A DNA stretch of 64,000 bases, taken from the NCBI GenBank assembly GCA_023717525.1, contig JAMQPK010000159.1:19284-83283 (forward strand), written 5' to 3'. The first letter of the stretch is position 1; each line of letters starts with the position of its first letter. Source of the DNA: Vicinamibacterales bacterium (GTDB lineage: Bacteria; Acidobacteriota; Vicinamibacteria; Vicinamibacterales; JAMQPK01). The notes under the pieces were generated by a model that did not search any database, had not been told where the DNA came from, and saw nothing but the letters and a program-made list of their open reading frames with translations. Below, in pieces: positions 1 to 9,847 of the stretch. A program made the position numbers and the translations under genes.

Positions 1-53
1 CGAGGCCACCTACTCGAACTATCGTCAGTTCGGCACGTCGACGCAGGAACAGT

Positions 54-1565
54 TCAACGAAATTCCGTGAACGCCAGCTCTACCAGCGTGCGGATACCCG
101 CGGCGGTCGGTCCTTTTGGCATGAACGGCTTCGACTCGTCGGCCCACGCCGTTCCGGCAATGTCCAGGTGCGCCCACGGCAACCCGGCGGTGAACTCCTG
201 CAGGAACAGCGCCGCGGTGATCGCTCCGGCGACGCGGCCTCCCGTGTTCACCATGTCGGCAATGTCGCTGCGAAGCTGATCTCTGTATTCAGGAAACATC
301 GGCAGCGGCCAGCACCGATCGCCAGCGCGATTCGCCACGGCTCTCACGTGCTCGACGAAGGCTTCTGGCGCGCCGAACAGGCCGCTGGTGATCCTTCCCA
401 ATGCAACGCTGACAGCTCCAGTGAGTGTGGCGATGTCGACGAGATGCGTGGCGCCCTGCTGGTGGGCGTACCAAAGCGCGTCGCCCAGAACAAGCCGCCC
501 CTCGGCGTCGGTGTTCAGTACTTCGACGGTCTTCCCGCTTGCGCTTTTCAGGACGTCCCCTGGCCGAAGCGCGCCACCGCCAGGCATGTTCTCCGCGATC
601 GGAATGACGCCGATGACGCGCACGGGCCCGCCGAGCTCCGCGATCGCTCTCATTGCAGCCGCCACCGCAGCGGCGCCAGCCATGTCGTCCTTCATCCGGT
701 CCATGTCGGCAGCCGGCTTCATTGAAATCCCGCCGGTGTCGAACGTAATGCCCTTGCCGACCAGTCCCAACACCGGCGACACAGGAGCGCCTGCCGGCTC
801 GTATCGAATGACGACCAGCCGCGGAGGATGATGGCTTCCCTGCGCGACGCCGATCAGCATGCCCATGCCCAGTTTCGCTATCGCGCGTTCGTCGAGGATC
901 TCGACCGCCATCCCGCCACCTCGCGCGATGTCTGCCACGCGATCGGCGAAGACCGTCGTCGTCAATGAGTTGCCCGGCTCATTGTCAAGACGCCGCGCGA
1001 CGTTGCACCACTCACCGATGACGCGACCCCGGTGGGCGGCCGCCCGGGCAGCAATCGCACGTGCCGGGTCTTTGACGATCACGCCCAGACTCTGAATCGC
1101 AAAGGTATCCCGCTCGAGTGTTTTGTACTGCCCGGGATCGAACTCGGCCAACGTCAATCCTTCGGCGATGGCCTGCACCATGTCCGGTGTATCGATCGGC
1201 GGTTCGGCGGCAAAAGCGAGGCGGCTGATCTTCCGCTGACGTGCATGCAGCCCCACAGCCGATGCCGCGCGCCGAGCGCGCTCGACGCTGAAATCCCCCG
1301 AGCTGCCGAGTCCGACGACTGCGAGGCGACGCGCTCGATAGCCGTCATTGGTGATTGGCGTGAGGAACAGCTCGTAGGCTTTTCCTGTGAACTCCTTTGT
1401 GGCGATGCCGCGGTCGATCTCGCCGGCCGTGGGCTGCGACCAAATACTCAGGGCCCCCAAGCGTTCTTCGAACGCCCCTATGACCAGGAGATCCGTATCG
1501 ACAGTCTTGAAATCGCCCTCGAGCACATCCATCTGTTTGGATTGTTCCGGCACATCCATCCGCAC
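54..1565 (-). CDS. pepA: leucyl aminopeptidase (M17 family)
   Basis: 503-aa ORF. The translation contains the M17 motifs VGKGITFDTGG and NTDAEGRL. Confidence 0.9.
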   Translation of the reverse strand: MRMDVPEQSKQMDVLEGDFKTVDTDLLVIGAFEERLGALSIWSQPTAGEIDRGIATKEFTGKAYELFLTPITNDGYRARRLAVVGLGSSGDFSVERARRAASAVGLHARQRKISRLAFAAEPPIDTPDMVQAIAEGLTLAEFDPGQYKTLERDTFAIQSLGVIVKDPARAIAARAAAHRGRVIGEWCNVARRLDNEPGNSLTTTVFADRVADIARGGGMAVEILDERAIAKLGMGMLIGVAQGSHHPPRLVVIRYEPAGAPVSPVLGLVGKGITFDTGGISMKPAADMDRMKDDMAGAAAVAAAMRAIAELGGPVRVIGVIPIAENMPGGGALRPGDVLKSASGKTVEVLNTDAEGRLVLGDALWYAHQQGATHLVDIATLTGAVSVALGRITSGLFGAPEAFVEHVRAVANRAGDRCWPLPMFPEYRDQLRSDIADMVNTGGRVAGAITAALFLQEFTAGLPWAHLDIAGTAWADESKPFMPKGPTAAGIRTLVELAFTEFR

Positions 1566-1604
1566 ATTATCGCACCCTTGCTCTGGGCAATCGCGAGGGT
1601 TACG

Positions 1605-2033
1605 ATGACAGTAATGCGATCAGCTATCGCCCCTGCGCTGGCAATCCTTGCCGCGGCATCCGTGCTCGCGCAGGCGCCAGAGGGCAAGAAGCCGGAGCCA
1701 AAGCGCCCCTCGCTCAGTGTGAAGGCCACGCCAGGCACCGGCATGGTTCCCGTTCGGATTCTGGTTGCGGCGGAGTTGAAGGGCGGGGACGACGACTTCG
1801 AGGCTTACTACTGCCCGACGATCGAATGGAGTTGGGGCGATGGAACGAGCTCGGAGGAGACGAAGGACTGCGAACCCTACGAGGTGGGGAAGTCGCAGAT
1901 CAAGCGCCGCTACAGCGTCTTCCACAACTACAAACGGGCGGGCGCGTATCGTATTTCATTCCGCCTGAAAGACGGCGACAAAGTGCTCGCAGCCACGACA
2001 ACGGTCGTGCGGTTGTTAGGCGGCGGCTACTAG
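1605..2033 (+). CDS. secreted PKD-like domain protein
   Basis: An in-frame ATG at 1605 gives a signal-peptide-like N-terminus (MTVMRSAIAPALAILAAASVLAQA). WSWGDG...HNY...GAYRISF resembles a PKD motif. The upstream part of the 1032 ORF is antisense to pepA. Confidence 0.6.
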   Translation: MTVMRSAIAPALAILAAASVLAQAPEGKKPEPKRPSLSVKATPGTGMVPVRILVAAELKGGDDDFEAYYCPTIEWSWGDGTSSEETKDCEPYEVGKSQIKRRYSVFHNYKRAGAYRISFRLKDGDKVLAATTTVVRLLGGGY

Positions 2034-2420
2034 GCTTACGGGCGAGGGCGTGCCGTGTTTGAGTCGGTACGCCAGGATTTCTCCGCTCGCGCTCGCCAGC
2101 GAGACAATCACATAGAGGAAATCGGCTCCCCCACTCGCCTCGGCCACATCGGATGCCGACGGGAATGACGGTCCTGCCGGGTGCGAGTGATAGGCACCGA
2201 CGATGCGCCGATTCTCTGCGCGCGCTGCATGGATCGCCGCAAAGTGATCCTCCGGATCGATCGCGAAGCGCGTCGGCGCCGCCTCGCGGTTGCGCGCGCG
2301 CACACTCCGTTCAATCGAGTGCCTGTCTCCGACGAGAAGGCCGCAGCATTCGCGTGGCGCGTCCTCGCGCGCGTGCGCGAGCATGTCGTCGAGCACGGCC
2401 TGGGCGATGGTCATGGACAT
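2016..2420 (-). CDS. Mov34/MPN/JAMM family metalloprotease
   Basis: JAMM motif HSHPAGPSFPSASD and an upstream E..CG motif. The likely start is MSMTIAQ at 2420, because the longer ORF N-terminus is translated from a repeat element. Confidence 0.8.
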   Translation of the reverse strand: MSMTIAQAVLDDMLAHAREDAPRECCGLLVGDRHSIERSVRARNREAAPTRFAIDPEDHFAAIHAARAENRRIVGAYHSHPAGPSFPSASDVAEASGGADFLYVIVSLASASGEILAYRLKHGTPSPVSLVAAA

Positions 2421-2529
2421 TGGAGATTGGGTGATTGGTGATTGGGTGATAGGAAATCTCCAGTGACGGAGTGAGGGTGTGTGTCGGGCGATTGCTCCTA
2501 TCGCAAGATCACCTATCACCCAATCTCCA
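2421..2529. repeat. palindromic roughly 7-nt-periodic intergenic element between tyrA and the JAMM gene
   Basis: The array tggagat tgggtga ttggtga ttgggtga tagg (2421-2453) has its reverse complement cctatcacccaatctcca at 2512-2529. tggagatt can also pair with aatctcca at 2455-2462. The element begins 3 nt after the tyrA stop. Confidence 0.6.
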
Positions 2530-2532
2530 ATG

Positions 2533-3438
2533 TCATGTTTTTCCCGCGAGCAGCGTGTCTCGCCAGAGATTCGCGGAAGCGAAGACCTCTTCGATCGCTC
2601 TGCCGGTCTCGAGGTCCCTGCGGAGATCCGTCAGGACCGCGATGAGCGCGTCGAGCGACGCACCGACTTCGTCGGCGTTGGTGGCGCACACTTCCTTCCA
2701 GATGTCGGGTGGACTCGATGCCAGGCGGGTGGTGTCCTGCAGACCGCGCCCGCTGAGGCTCAGGCCGTCCCTGCCGGCTTCTCCGCCGACCACATGCATG
2801 AGCGCGCTGACGGTCAGTTGCGGAAGGTGGCTGATGAAGGCGAGGAGCTTGTCGTGCGCGGCTGGTGAGAGCGTCCTCGGGACCGCGCCCAGCCCGGCGG
2901 CAAACGACTCGAGTTTTTCCAACTCCTGCGCGTGCCGGTCGCTGGCCGGAGTGAACAGCCAGGGCCGGCCGGTAAACATGTCCGGACGCGCATGATCGAT
3001 GCCGCCTCGTGCTGCACCGCCGAGCGGGTGACCGCCGATGAACGTCAGCCGATCGGGAAGGGCCCGCGCGAGATCGACGATTGCCCGCTTGGTGCTTCCG
3101 GTGTCGGTGACAACGGCCCGGCCGATCACGTTGTCTGGCAAATCGCGGAGGACTTCGAGATTCTGTTGAATGGGCGCCGCGAGGATGACGAGGTCGGCCT
3201 CGGCCAGCACAATCGGATCGTCGGCCGCGACGTCGACGGCGTGCAGCACCATGGCCCGTTCGAGAACATCTTTTCGATCGACGCCGATCACGAGCCCAGA
3301 TGGCCAGATCTGGCGCGCGGCGATGGCAATCGATCCGCCGATCAGCCCGAGCCCGACGATTCCGACACGCTGGAAAATCGGCGGCTGCCCCTGCGCAGCG
3401 CCGGGCTGAAGCATCGGCAGTTGCTTCCCTTCCGACAT
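2533..3438 (-). CDS. tyrA: prephenate/arogenate dehydrogenase
   Basis: 301-aa ORF with an N-terminal Rossmann motif (GIVGLGLIGGS) and TyrA-like GGHPLGG and STK motifs. It lies in the aromatic operon. Confidence 0.85.
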   Translation of the reverse strand: MSEGKQLPMLQPGAAQGQPPIFQRVGIVGLGLIGGSIAIAARQIWPSGLVIGVDRKDVLERAMVLHAVDVAADDPIVLAEADLVILAAPIQQNLEVLRDLPDNVIGRAVVTDTGSTKRAIVDLARALPDRLTFIGGHPLGGAARGGIDHARPDMFTGRPWLFTPASDRHAQELEKLESFAAGLGAVPRTLSPAAHDKLLAFISHLPQLTVSALMHVVGGEAGRDGLSLSGRGLQDTTRLASSPPDIWKEVCATNADEVGASLDALIAVLTDLRRDLETGRAIEEVFASANLWRDTLLAGKT

Positions 3439-3442
3439 CCTC

Positions 3443-4489
3443 CTACCTTCCCCAGCCTCTCTTCACCACCGGCTCGACGCAAATGCTGCGCCCGATGGCC
3501 GGCGCGATGATGCGCAGTTCCGCCATCACGCGGTCGAACTGCGCCGGGAACATCGACTGCGCGCCGTCGCTGAGCGCCTTGTCCGGGTTGCAGTGCACTT
3601 CAACGATGATGCCGTCGGCACCCGCCGCGACCGACGCGCGCGCCATCGGTGCAACCTTGTCGCGCTTGCCTGTCGCATGGCTCGGGTCGGTGATGATGGG
3701 CAAGTGGCTCAGTTTCTTAATTACCGGGATCGCCGAAATGTCGAGGGTGTTCCGCGTGTAACTCTCGAACGTGCGGATGCCGCGCTCGCACAGAATGACA
3801 TCGGTGTTGCCGCCCGCGAGAATGTATTCCGCCGAGAGCAGCCACTCCTCGATTGTTGCGGCAATACCCCGCTTCAGGAGAACTGGTTTACGCGTGCGGC
3901 CGAGCTCGCGCAGCAGCGTGAAGTTCTGCATGTTGCGGGCACCGACCTGGTAGATGTCCGAGTAGCGCCCCACCAGATCGATCTGGCTGCTATCCATGAC
4001 TTCCGACACCAGCTTCATGTTCTGCTGGTCGGCCGCCTCGCGCAGCATCCGGAGCCCTTCCTCGCCGAGGCCCTGGAAGCTGTACGGCGAGCTGCGCGGT
4101 TTGAAGGCGCCGCCACGCAGGATCTTGGCGCCGGCCTTCTTGCAGGCCGCCGCTGTCGTAAAGACCTGCTCTTCGTTCTCTGCCGAGCACGGGCCGGCCA
4201 TCACGATGACTTCGTCGCCGCCGATGCGGACGTCATCGATCTGGATCACTGTGCCCTCGGGCTTGAACGTGCGGCTTGCGAGCTTGTAGGGCTCGGTGAT
4301 CCGGAGGACTTCGTGCACGCCGTCCATGACTTCGATGAGTGCTGCATCCACTTTGTGCGCTCCTACGACCCCAAGGACGGTGCGATTCACGCCCGTCGAG
4401 CGATGCACGTCCATGCCAGCCTCGACGAGGTTGGCAACCACCTTTTCGATCTGCGCTTCGGTCGCGCGCTCTTCCATGACCACTACCAT
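3443..4489 (-). CDS. aroF: 3-deoxy-7-phosphoheptulonate (DAHP) synthase, type I-beta, with N-terminal regulatory domain
   Basis: 348 aa with KPRSSPYSFQGLG and the KDO8P/DAHP-synthase I-beta core. A roughly 70-aa ferredoxin/ACT-like N-terminal extension is present. Confidence 0.9.
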   Translation of the reverse strand: MVVVMEERATEAQIEKVVANLVEAGMDVHRSTGVNRTVLGVVGAHKVDAALIEVMDGVHEVLRITEPYKLASRTFKPEGTVIQIDDVRIGGDEVIVMAGPCSAENEEQVFTTAAACKKAGAKILRGGAFKPRSSPYSFQGLGEEGLRMLREAADQQNMKLVSEVMDSSQIDLVGRYSDIYQVGARNMQNFTLLRELGRTRKPVLLKRGIAATIEEWLLSAEYILAGGNTDVILCERGIRTFESYTRNTLDISAIPVIKKLSHLPIITDPSHATGKRDKVAPMARASVAAGADGIIVEVHCNPDKALSDGAQSMFPAQFDRVMAELRIIAPAIGRSICVEPVVKRGWGR

Positions 4490-4491
4490 GA

Positions 4492-4809
4492 CTATCGTTC
4501 CTCCCCTTTGACGTCCACTGCACGCCCGTCCGATCCATGCGCCGTTGCGCGCTCGATGCGCCGCGCCTCGTCGATAATCCGCTCGAACACCCGCGCGATG
4601 GCGTCGCCGCCAAGCGGGCTTCCCATGTGTTTACCGTGAGACTGCACGTGGTGCAGTACCTGCGCCTCGCGGTCCGGCTGATACACCTCGAGGCCCAGGT
4701 CGTGTTTCAGCTTGCCGATCTCCAGCGCGCAGTGAGCGCGCTCGGTCAGCAGCTCCACCAACTTTTCATCCAGCTCGTCGATCCGGTTTCTCAGCTCGTC
4801 GATGGTCAT
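4492..4809 (-). CDS. chorismate mutase (AroQ class)
   Basis: 105 aa. The N-terminal IDELRNRIDELDEKLVELLTERAHCALEIGKLK is a typical AroQ helix. It overlaps trpA by 4 nt. Confidence 0.85.
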   Translation of the reverse strand: MTIDELRNRIDELDEKLVELLTERAHCALEIGKLKHDLGLEVYQPDREAQVLHHVQSHGKHMGSPLGGDAIARVFERIIDEARRIERATAHGSDGRAVDVKGEER

Positions 4810-5612
4810 GTCTGCGATGGCCGGCCGTTCTTCAGCCAGCGAACGTAGGATTCTACCCTCTCAACGAGATCGGGCGCTTTGCCGGCTTCAGCGATGACCC
4901 CCACGAGGCCGCTCCCCACCACTGCGGCGTCTGCCCACTGGCCAATCTGCCGCACGTGATCCGGGCTCGCAATGCCGAACCCCATGGCCAGCGGCATAGA
5001 GGTCGCCGCCCGGATTCGACGCGCGAGCGCCTCGGCACCATCGGCAACTTTGTCTCGCGTACCTGTGACGCCGAGCCGCGAGATCCCATACAAGAATCCG
5101 CTCCCGAGCAGCGCCGCCTGGCGGATTCTCGGCTCGGTCGTGGTCGGACTCAGCAGAAAGATCATGTCGATGTCGCGCGCCGCCAGCGAGTCGCGAACGG
5201 CCTGCGCTTCCTCAATGGGCAGATCGAGCACCAGCACGCCGTCCACGCCGGCTTGTCGCGCCCGATCGGCAAAGGCGTCGATCCCCATTCTCAGCACGGG
5301 ATTCGCGTAGGTGAACAGCACGATCGGCGCCTTGATCTCCGCACGGACCTGCGCGACCAGATCGAGCACGGCCGACGCGGTCGTACCGGCGGCCAACGCG
5401 CGTTCGGTGGCGCGCTGAATCACCGGTCCGTCGGCGAGGGGCTCGGAAAACGGAATGCCGACCTCGAGCACGTCGGCGCCGGCGCGATCGAGCGCGCGCA
5501 GGATATCGGCCGAGGACGAGAGATCGGGATCGCCTGCGGTCACGTACGTCACCAGGCCGGTCTGTCGATCGGCGCGCAATCGATCGAACGTTGCAGCGAT
5601 TCTACCCGCCAA
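4806..5612 (-). CDS. trpA: tryptophan synthase alpha chain
   Basis: YVTAGDP and GFGI motifs. The ORF extends to 5660, but the TTG at 5612 preceded by GAGGGG aligns best with canonical TrpA N-termini. The start is uncertain. Confidence 0.9.
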   Translation of the reverse strand: MAGRIAATFDRLRADRQTGLVTYVTAGDPDLSSSADILRALDRAGADVLEVGIPFSEPLADGPVIQRATERALAAGTTASAVLDLVAQVRAEIKAPIVLFTYANPVLRMGIDAFADRARQAGVDGVLVLDLPIEEAQAVRDSLAARDIDMIFLLSPTTTEPRIRQAALLGSGFLYGISRLGVTGTRDKVADGAEALARRIRAATSMPLAMGFGIASPDHVRQIGQWADAAVVGSGLVGVIAEAGKAPDLVERVESYVRWLKNGRPSQT

Positions 5613-6837
5613 CGACGGACCCCTCTTCGTGTTCGAGATGCGCCGTGACGCTTTGTACATCTTTGTCGCCGCGTCCGGACAGATTCACCAGCACCTGCTT
5701 CCCTTCGCCAAGCTCCTGCGCCAGCGTGCACGCGTAGGCCACCGCATGAGACGACTCGAGTGCGGGGATGATGCCCTCGAGTCGCGCCAGCGCCTGAAAC
5801 GCCCCGAGCGCTTCGGCGTCGGCAATCCACGTGTATTCGGCGCGTCCGAGATCGCGTAACCACGCATGCTCTGGCCCCACCGCCGCGTAGTCGAGGCCGG
5901 CCGAAATCGAATGCGTCAGTTCGATGTTGCCATTCAGATCCTGAAGGACATACGTGCGCGTCCCCTGAAGGACGCCGGCCATCCCGGTGGCGAAGCGTGC
6001 CGCGTGCCGTCCGGCCGCGAGCGCTTCCCCGCCGGCTTCGACGCCCACCAGACGCACCGCCGCATCCGGAATGAACGCGTCAAAAATCCCGAGCGCGTTG
6101 CTGCCCCCGCCGACGCACGCGACAACCGCGTCCGGCAGCCCGCCGTTCATCGCCAACGCCTGTGCGCGCGCTTCCCGTCCAATGACGGCCTGGAATTCCC
6201 GGACCATCAGCGGATACGGATGCGGCCCGAGCACCGAGCCCAGCAGATAGTACGAGTCGGTGACGTTGGTCACCCAGTCGCGCATCGCCTCGTTGATGGC
6301 GTCCTTCAATGTGCGGCTGCCAGCATCGACGCGTCTGACGGTCGCGCCAAGCAACCGCATCCGGACGACGTTCAGCGCCTGGCGTTCCATGTCGTCGGCG
6401 CCCATATAGACGTGGCATTCGAGTCCCAGAAGGGCGCACACCGTCGCCGTGGCGACACCGTGCTGGCCGGCACCGGTCTCCGCAATGACCCGCGTCTTGC
6501 CCATCCGCTTGGCGAGCAGCGCCTGGCCGAGTGCGTTGTTGATCTTGTGGGCGCCCGTGTGCGCGAGGTCTTCCCGTTTCAGAAATATTCTCGCAGCCGG
6601 CTTAGGGAGCGAGGCGCGCAATCGCATGGCTTCATAGAGCGGCGTCGGCCTGCCCACGTACTCCGCGAGGAGCCTGTCGAGTTCCCGCAGAAACGCCGGC
6701 TCGCTCCGCGCTTCGTAGTACGCCCGCTGAAGCTCCTCGACCGGCGCCACCAGCGTCTCGGGAACAAACATCCCGCCGTATTCGCCGTAGTAGCCCCGCG
6801 CGTTCGGATCGCGGCGGCCAAATCGTGTGTCAGTCAT
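5602..6837 (-). CDS. trpB: tryptophan synthase beta chain
   Basis: 411 aa with the PLP-lysine region HTGAHKINN and GGGSNA. Confidence 0.95.
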   Translation of the reverse strand: MTDTRFGRRDPNARGYYGEYGGMFVPETLVAPVEELQRAYYEARSEPAFLRELDRLLAEYVGRPTPLYEAMRLRASLPKPAARIFLKREDLAHTGAHKINNALGQALLAKRMGKTRVIAETGAGQHGVATATVCALLGLECHVYMGADDMERQALNVVRMRLLGATVRRVDAGSRTLKDAINEAMRDWVTNVTDSYYLLGSVLGPHPYPLMVREFQAVIGREARAQALAMNGGLPDAVVACVGGGSNALGIFDAFIPDAAVRLVGVEAGGEALAAGRHAARFATGMAGVLQGTRTYVLQDLNGNIELTHSISAGLDYAAVGPEHAWLRDLGRAEYTWIADAEALGAFQALARLEGIIPALESSHAVAYACTLAQELGEGKQVLVNLSGRGDKDVQSVTAHLEHEEGSVVGG

Positions 6838-7435
6838 TCAACGCCTCGAAGAAACGCCGTAGCCGGCTCGGATCTTTCACCCCGGGCGCCGCTTCGACGC
6901 CTGAGGACACATCCACACCGAACGGCTGAACCGTCTCCACTGCTCGAACGATGTTCTCCGGGGTTAGGCCACCCGAGAGAATGGTCTTCCGCACCGCCGC
7001 AATTTCCCGAGCTGCCTCCCAATTCACCGTCCTGCCGGTGCCCCCATAGCGAGATGGATCGTGCGCATCAAGCAGGATCAGCATTTCCGGGTCGAACCCG
7101 TCGAGGGCCACCGGCTCGCCATCCTGCAGCCCGACGGCCTTGATCACGGGACGATTCAAGAGACGGCAGTATTCCGCCGACTCGCCACCGTGAAGCTGCG
7201 CGACGTCGAGCCCGACCACGTCCATCGCGCGCGTGACCTCCTCCAGAGACTGATCCACAAACACCCCGACGTTCCTTACATGCCCGGCGTGACGCCTGGC
7301 AATTTCACGCGCCGTCGACTCACTGATTGCGCGAGGGCTCCCCTGCCAGAACACGAAACCAAGGGCATTGGCCCCGAGCTCGACGGCAAGATCGGCGTCC
7401 TCGAGCCGCGTGATGCCGCAGATCTTCACGAACAC
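6830..7435 (-). CDS. trpF: phosphoribosylanthranilate isomerase
   Basis: 201 aa with MFVKICGIT... and a TrpF-like barrel. It overlaps trpB and trpC. Confidence 0.9.
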   Translation of the reverse strand: MFVKICGITRLEDADLAVELGANALGFVFWQGSPRAISESTAREIARRHAGHVRNVGVFVDQSLEEVTRAMDVVGLDVAQLHGGESAEYCRLLNRPVIKAVGLQDGEPVALDGFDPEMLILLDAHDPSRYGGTGRTVNWEAAREIAAVRKTILSGGLTPENIVRAVETVQPFGVDVSSGVEAAPGVKDPSRLRRFFEALND

Positions 7436-8229
7436 AAGAGCTCCTTCAGCGCGGCTCCCGGATCACTGGCAGTCATGAACCGTTCCCCAACCAGAAACGC
7501 GTCGTAGCCCACACCACGCAGCCGGCGAAGATCGTCCGCGGTCCTAAGCCCGCTCTCGGCCACGGCAATGATCGCGTCAGGAATCTGCTCGGCAATCTCA
7601 CCGGAGACCCCAGGGTCGACTTGCAGGGTGCGCAGATTCCGGTTGTTCACGCCGACGATCGACGCACCGGCGTCAAGGGCGATCGGCAGTTCGGCCGGCT
7701 CGTGAACCTCGACAAGAACGCCCAGGCCGGCATCAACGGCGACGCGATGAAGATTCTTCAACCTTTCAGGCGTCAGGGCCGAAACGATCAGCAGCACAGC
7801 GTCCGCACCAGCCGCGCGCGCTTCAAGTATCTGATACGGATCGACGATGAAGTCCTTCCGCAGAACCGGAAGCGACGTCACCTTCCGGACCGCAGCCAGA
7901 TGTTCGAGGGAGCCGTCGAAGAAGGTCGGCTCCGTCAGCACCGAGATCGCCGCAGCTCCGGCCTCGTCGTAGCTTTTCGCAATCGCGGCAGCGTCGTAGT
8001 CCGCCCTCAGCACACCCCGCGAAGGCGAGCGGCGTTTGCACTCAGCAATCACATTGACCCGATTGCGGCGAACAAGAGTCTCCGCGAAGACATCTCGTCT
8101 TGGCTCGACTGCCGCCGCACGGCGATCCATTTCGCCCATCGGTATCTGCGATGAGCGCACCTCGACCATCCGGCGCGTGGCCGCCACAATCGTGGCGAGC
8201 AGATCAGGAGTGTGCGCCGGTGCCGTCAC
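7426..8229 (-). CDS. trpC: indole-3-glycerol phosphate synthase
   Basis: 267 aa with IAECKRRSPS, LRKDF and GVNNRNL motifs. Confidence 0.9.
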   Translation of the reverse strand: MTAPAHTPDLLATIVAATRRMVEVRSSQIPMGEMDRRAAAVEPRRDVFAETLVRRNRVNVIAECKRRSPSRGVLRADYDAAAIAKSYDEAGAAAISVLTEPTFFDGSLEHLAAVRKVTSLPVLRKDFIVDPYQILEARAAGADAVLLIVSALTPERLKNLHRVAVDAGLGVLVEVHEPAELPIALDAGASIVGVNNRNLRTLQVDPGVSGEIAEQIPDAIIAVAESGLRTADDLRRLRGVGYDAFLVGERFMTASDPGAALKELLCS

Positions 8230-9272
8230 GACGTCCTCTCCACGGTCGTCGACGGCCTCGACGCGGCCACCATGGCATTCAGCGTCGCGATGCCGGCACC
8301 CGAATCAATCGCCCGGGCAGCGCGTTGAATGCCTTCCTGTACCGACCCTGCCTTTCCGCCGATGAACAGTGAAGCGCCGGCATTCAGCAGCACCACATCG
8401 CGTCGCGGTCCTTTTTCGCCGCCGAGGATCTCTTGCACGATCGCTGCATTCATCGCTGCGTCGCCGCCATGCAGATCCTTCGACGCCGCCTTCGGCAGCC
8501 CGAAGTCTGATGGGTGTACGTAGAACGTCCTGACCGAGCCGTTGCGGCACTCCGAAACCTTGGTGTGGCCCGTCGTCGACAGCTCGTCGATGCCATCTGC
8601 CCCGTGCACGACCCAGGCACGCTCGGCGCCAAGAAGGAGCAGGGCTCGCGCGATCAGCTCGGTCAACTCTGAGTGCGGAACACCGACGAGCTGCGTCCTC
8701 GTGTTGGCAGGATTGGTCAGCGGCCCCAGCAGGTTGAACGCCGTCCGCACGCCCAGTTCCCGCCGCACCGGCGTCGCGTGTCTCATCGACGGATGAAACG
8801 TCGGAGCAAAGAAGAACGCGATGCCCACCGTTTCCAGTGACGCTTCCACAACCGCCGGTGTCGCGGCGATGTCGACGCCAAGCGCCTCGTACACGTCGGC
8901 GCTGCCGCACTTGCTCGACACCGATCGATTTCCGTGTTTCGCCACACGCAGGCCGGCTGCAGCGGCGACGAGCGCTGCCGCCGAGGAGATATTGAACGTG
9001 CCGGAACGGTCGCCTCCCGTGCCGCACGTATCGAACGCATCGTCGAATGTCTTCGTCAGCCTCACCGCATTCGCACGCATGGTTCTGGCGAGCCCGACGA
9101 TCTCCGCCGGGCGTTCGCCCTTCATCGTGAGGCCCATCAACAGCGACGCGATTTGCGCCGGTGTCGCTTCGCCGCTCATGATGGCCCCCATGGCCTCGGC
9201 TGATTCGTCCGTCGAGAGGTTCTCCCGCCGCATCAGCTTCTCCAGAAGGGCCGGAATACTCACCGTCGTCAT
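8226..9272 (-). CDS. trpD: anthranilate phosphoribosyltransferase
   Basis: 348 aa with DTCGTGGDRSGTFNIS and KHGNRS motifs. Confidence 0.95.
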   Translation of the reverse strand: MTTVSIPALLEKLMRRENLSTDESAEAMGAIMSGEATPAQIASLLMGLTMKGERPAEIVGLARTMRANAVRLTKTFDDAFDTCGTGGDRSGTFNISSAAALVAAAAGLRVAKHGNRSVSSKCGSADVYEALGVDIAATPAVVEASLETVGIAFFFAPTFHPSMRHATPVRRELGVRTAFNLLGPLTNPANTRTQLVGVPHSELTELIARALLLLGAERAWVVHGADGIDELSTTGHTKVSECRNGSVRTFYVHPSDFGLPKAASKDLHGGDAAMNAAIVQEILGGEKGPRRDVVLLNAGASLFIGGKAGSVQEGIQRAARAIDSGAGIATLNAMVAASRPSTTVERTS

Positions 9273-9847
9273 GACGGCGACCCCACTTTTAGAAAGTTAC
9301 GAAGCAGATGATGACCTTCGCGCGTCATGATGGATTCGGGATGAAACTGCACGCCGTGAATCGGAAACGTCCGATGACGCAGCGCCATGATGGTGCCGTC
9401 ATCCTCGGTCTGCGCCGAAATCTCCAGGTCGCCCGGCAGTCCTTCCCTCTGCACAACCAGGGAGTGATAGCGGGCCACCGTGAGCGGGCTCGCGATGCCG
9501 GCAAACACCCCCAGCCCGTCGTGCTTTATCGCCGACGTTTTACCGTGCATGGGCGCATTCGCACGAACAACCGCCCCGCCGAACGCCATACCGATCGCCT
9601 GATGACCGAGGCACACGCCGAGCAGCGGCACCGTGGGGCCGAATCGCCTGATGACATCGAGCGTTATGCCGGCCTGTTCGGGCCGGCCGGGTCCCGGCGA
9701 AATGACGATGCGTTCCGGCTTCAGCGCTCCGATCTCGTCGAGAGTGATCTCGTTGTTACGCCGCACGAATGGCTGCGTCCCGAGCTCGCCCAGGTACTGG
9801 ACCAGGTTGTAGGTGAAGGAATCGTAGTTGTCGATGACGAGAATCAC
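9269..9847 (-). CDS. trpG: anthranilate synthase component II (glutamine amidotransferase)
   Basis: The GTG at 9847 gives VILVIDNYDSFTYNL..GVCLGHQ..HPES. It overlaps the trpE stop as GTGA. The longer ORF N-terminus is an alternate frame of trpE. Confidence 0.9.
   Translation of the reverse strand: MILVIDNYDSFTYNLVQYLGELGTQPFVRRNNEITLDEIGALKPERIVISPGPGRPEQAGITLDVIRRFGPTVPLLGVCLGHQAIGMAFGGAVVRANAPMHGKTSAIKHDGLGVFAGIASPLTVARYHSLVVQREGLPGDLEISAQTEDDGTIMALRHRTFPIHGVQFHPESIMTREGHHLLRNFLKVGSPS

Noticed and set aside
1-70. An open frame at the window edge (..EATYSNYRQFGTSTQEQFNEIP, stop at 68-70) that may be the 3' end of a plus-strand gene converging on pepA
   Set aside because: Only 22 codons are visible, which is too little to support a call or a function.
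5866-7143. A 425-aa plus-strand ORF
   Set aside because: It is antisense to trpB and trpF, which carry unambiguous catalytic motifs. Its Arg-rich composition marks it as a GC artefact. The same applies to 3593-4639, 25255-26247, 28591-29340, 36115-36909, 49128-50117, 50536-51663, 53678-54502 and 61834-63216.
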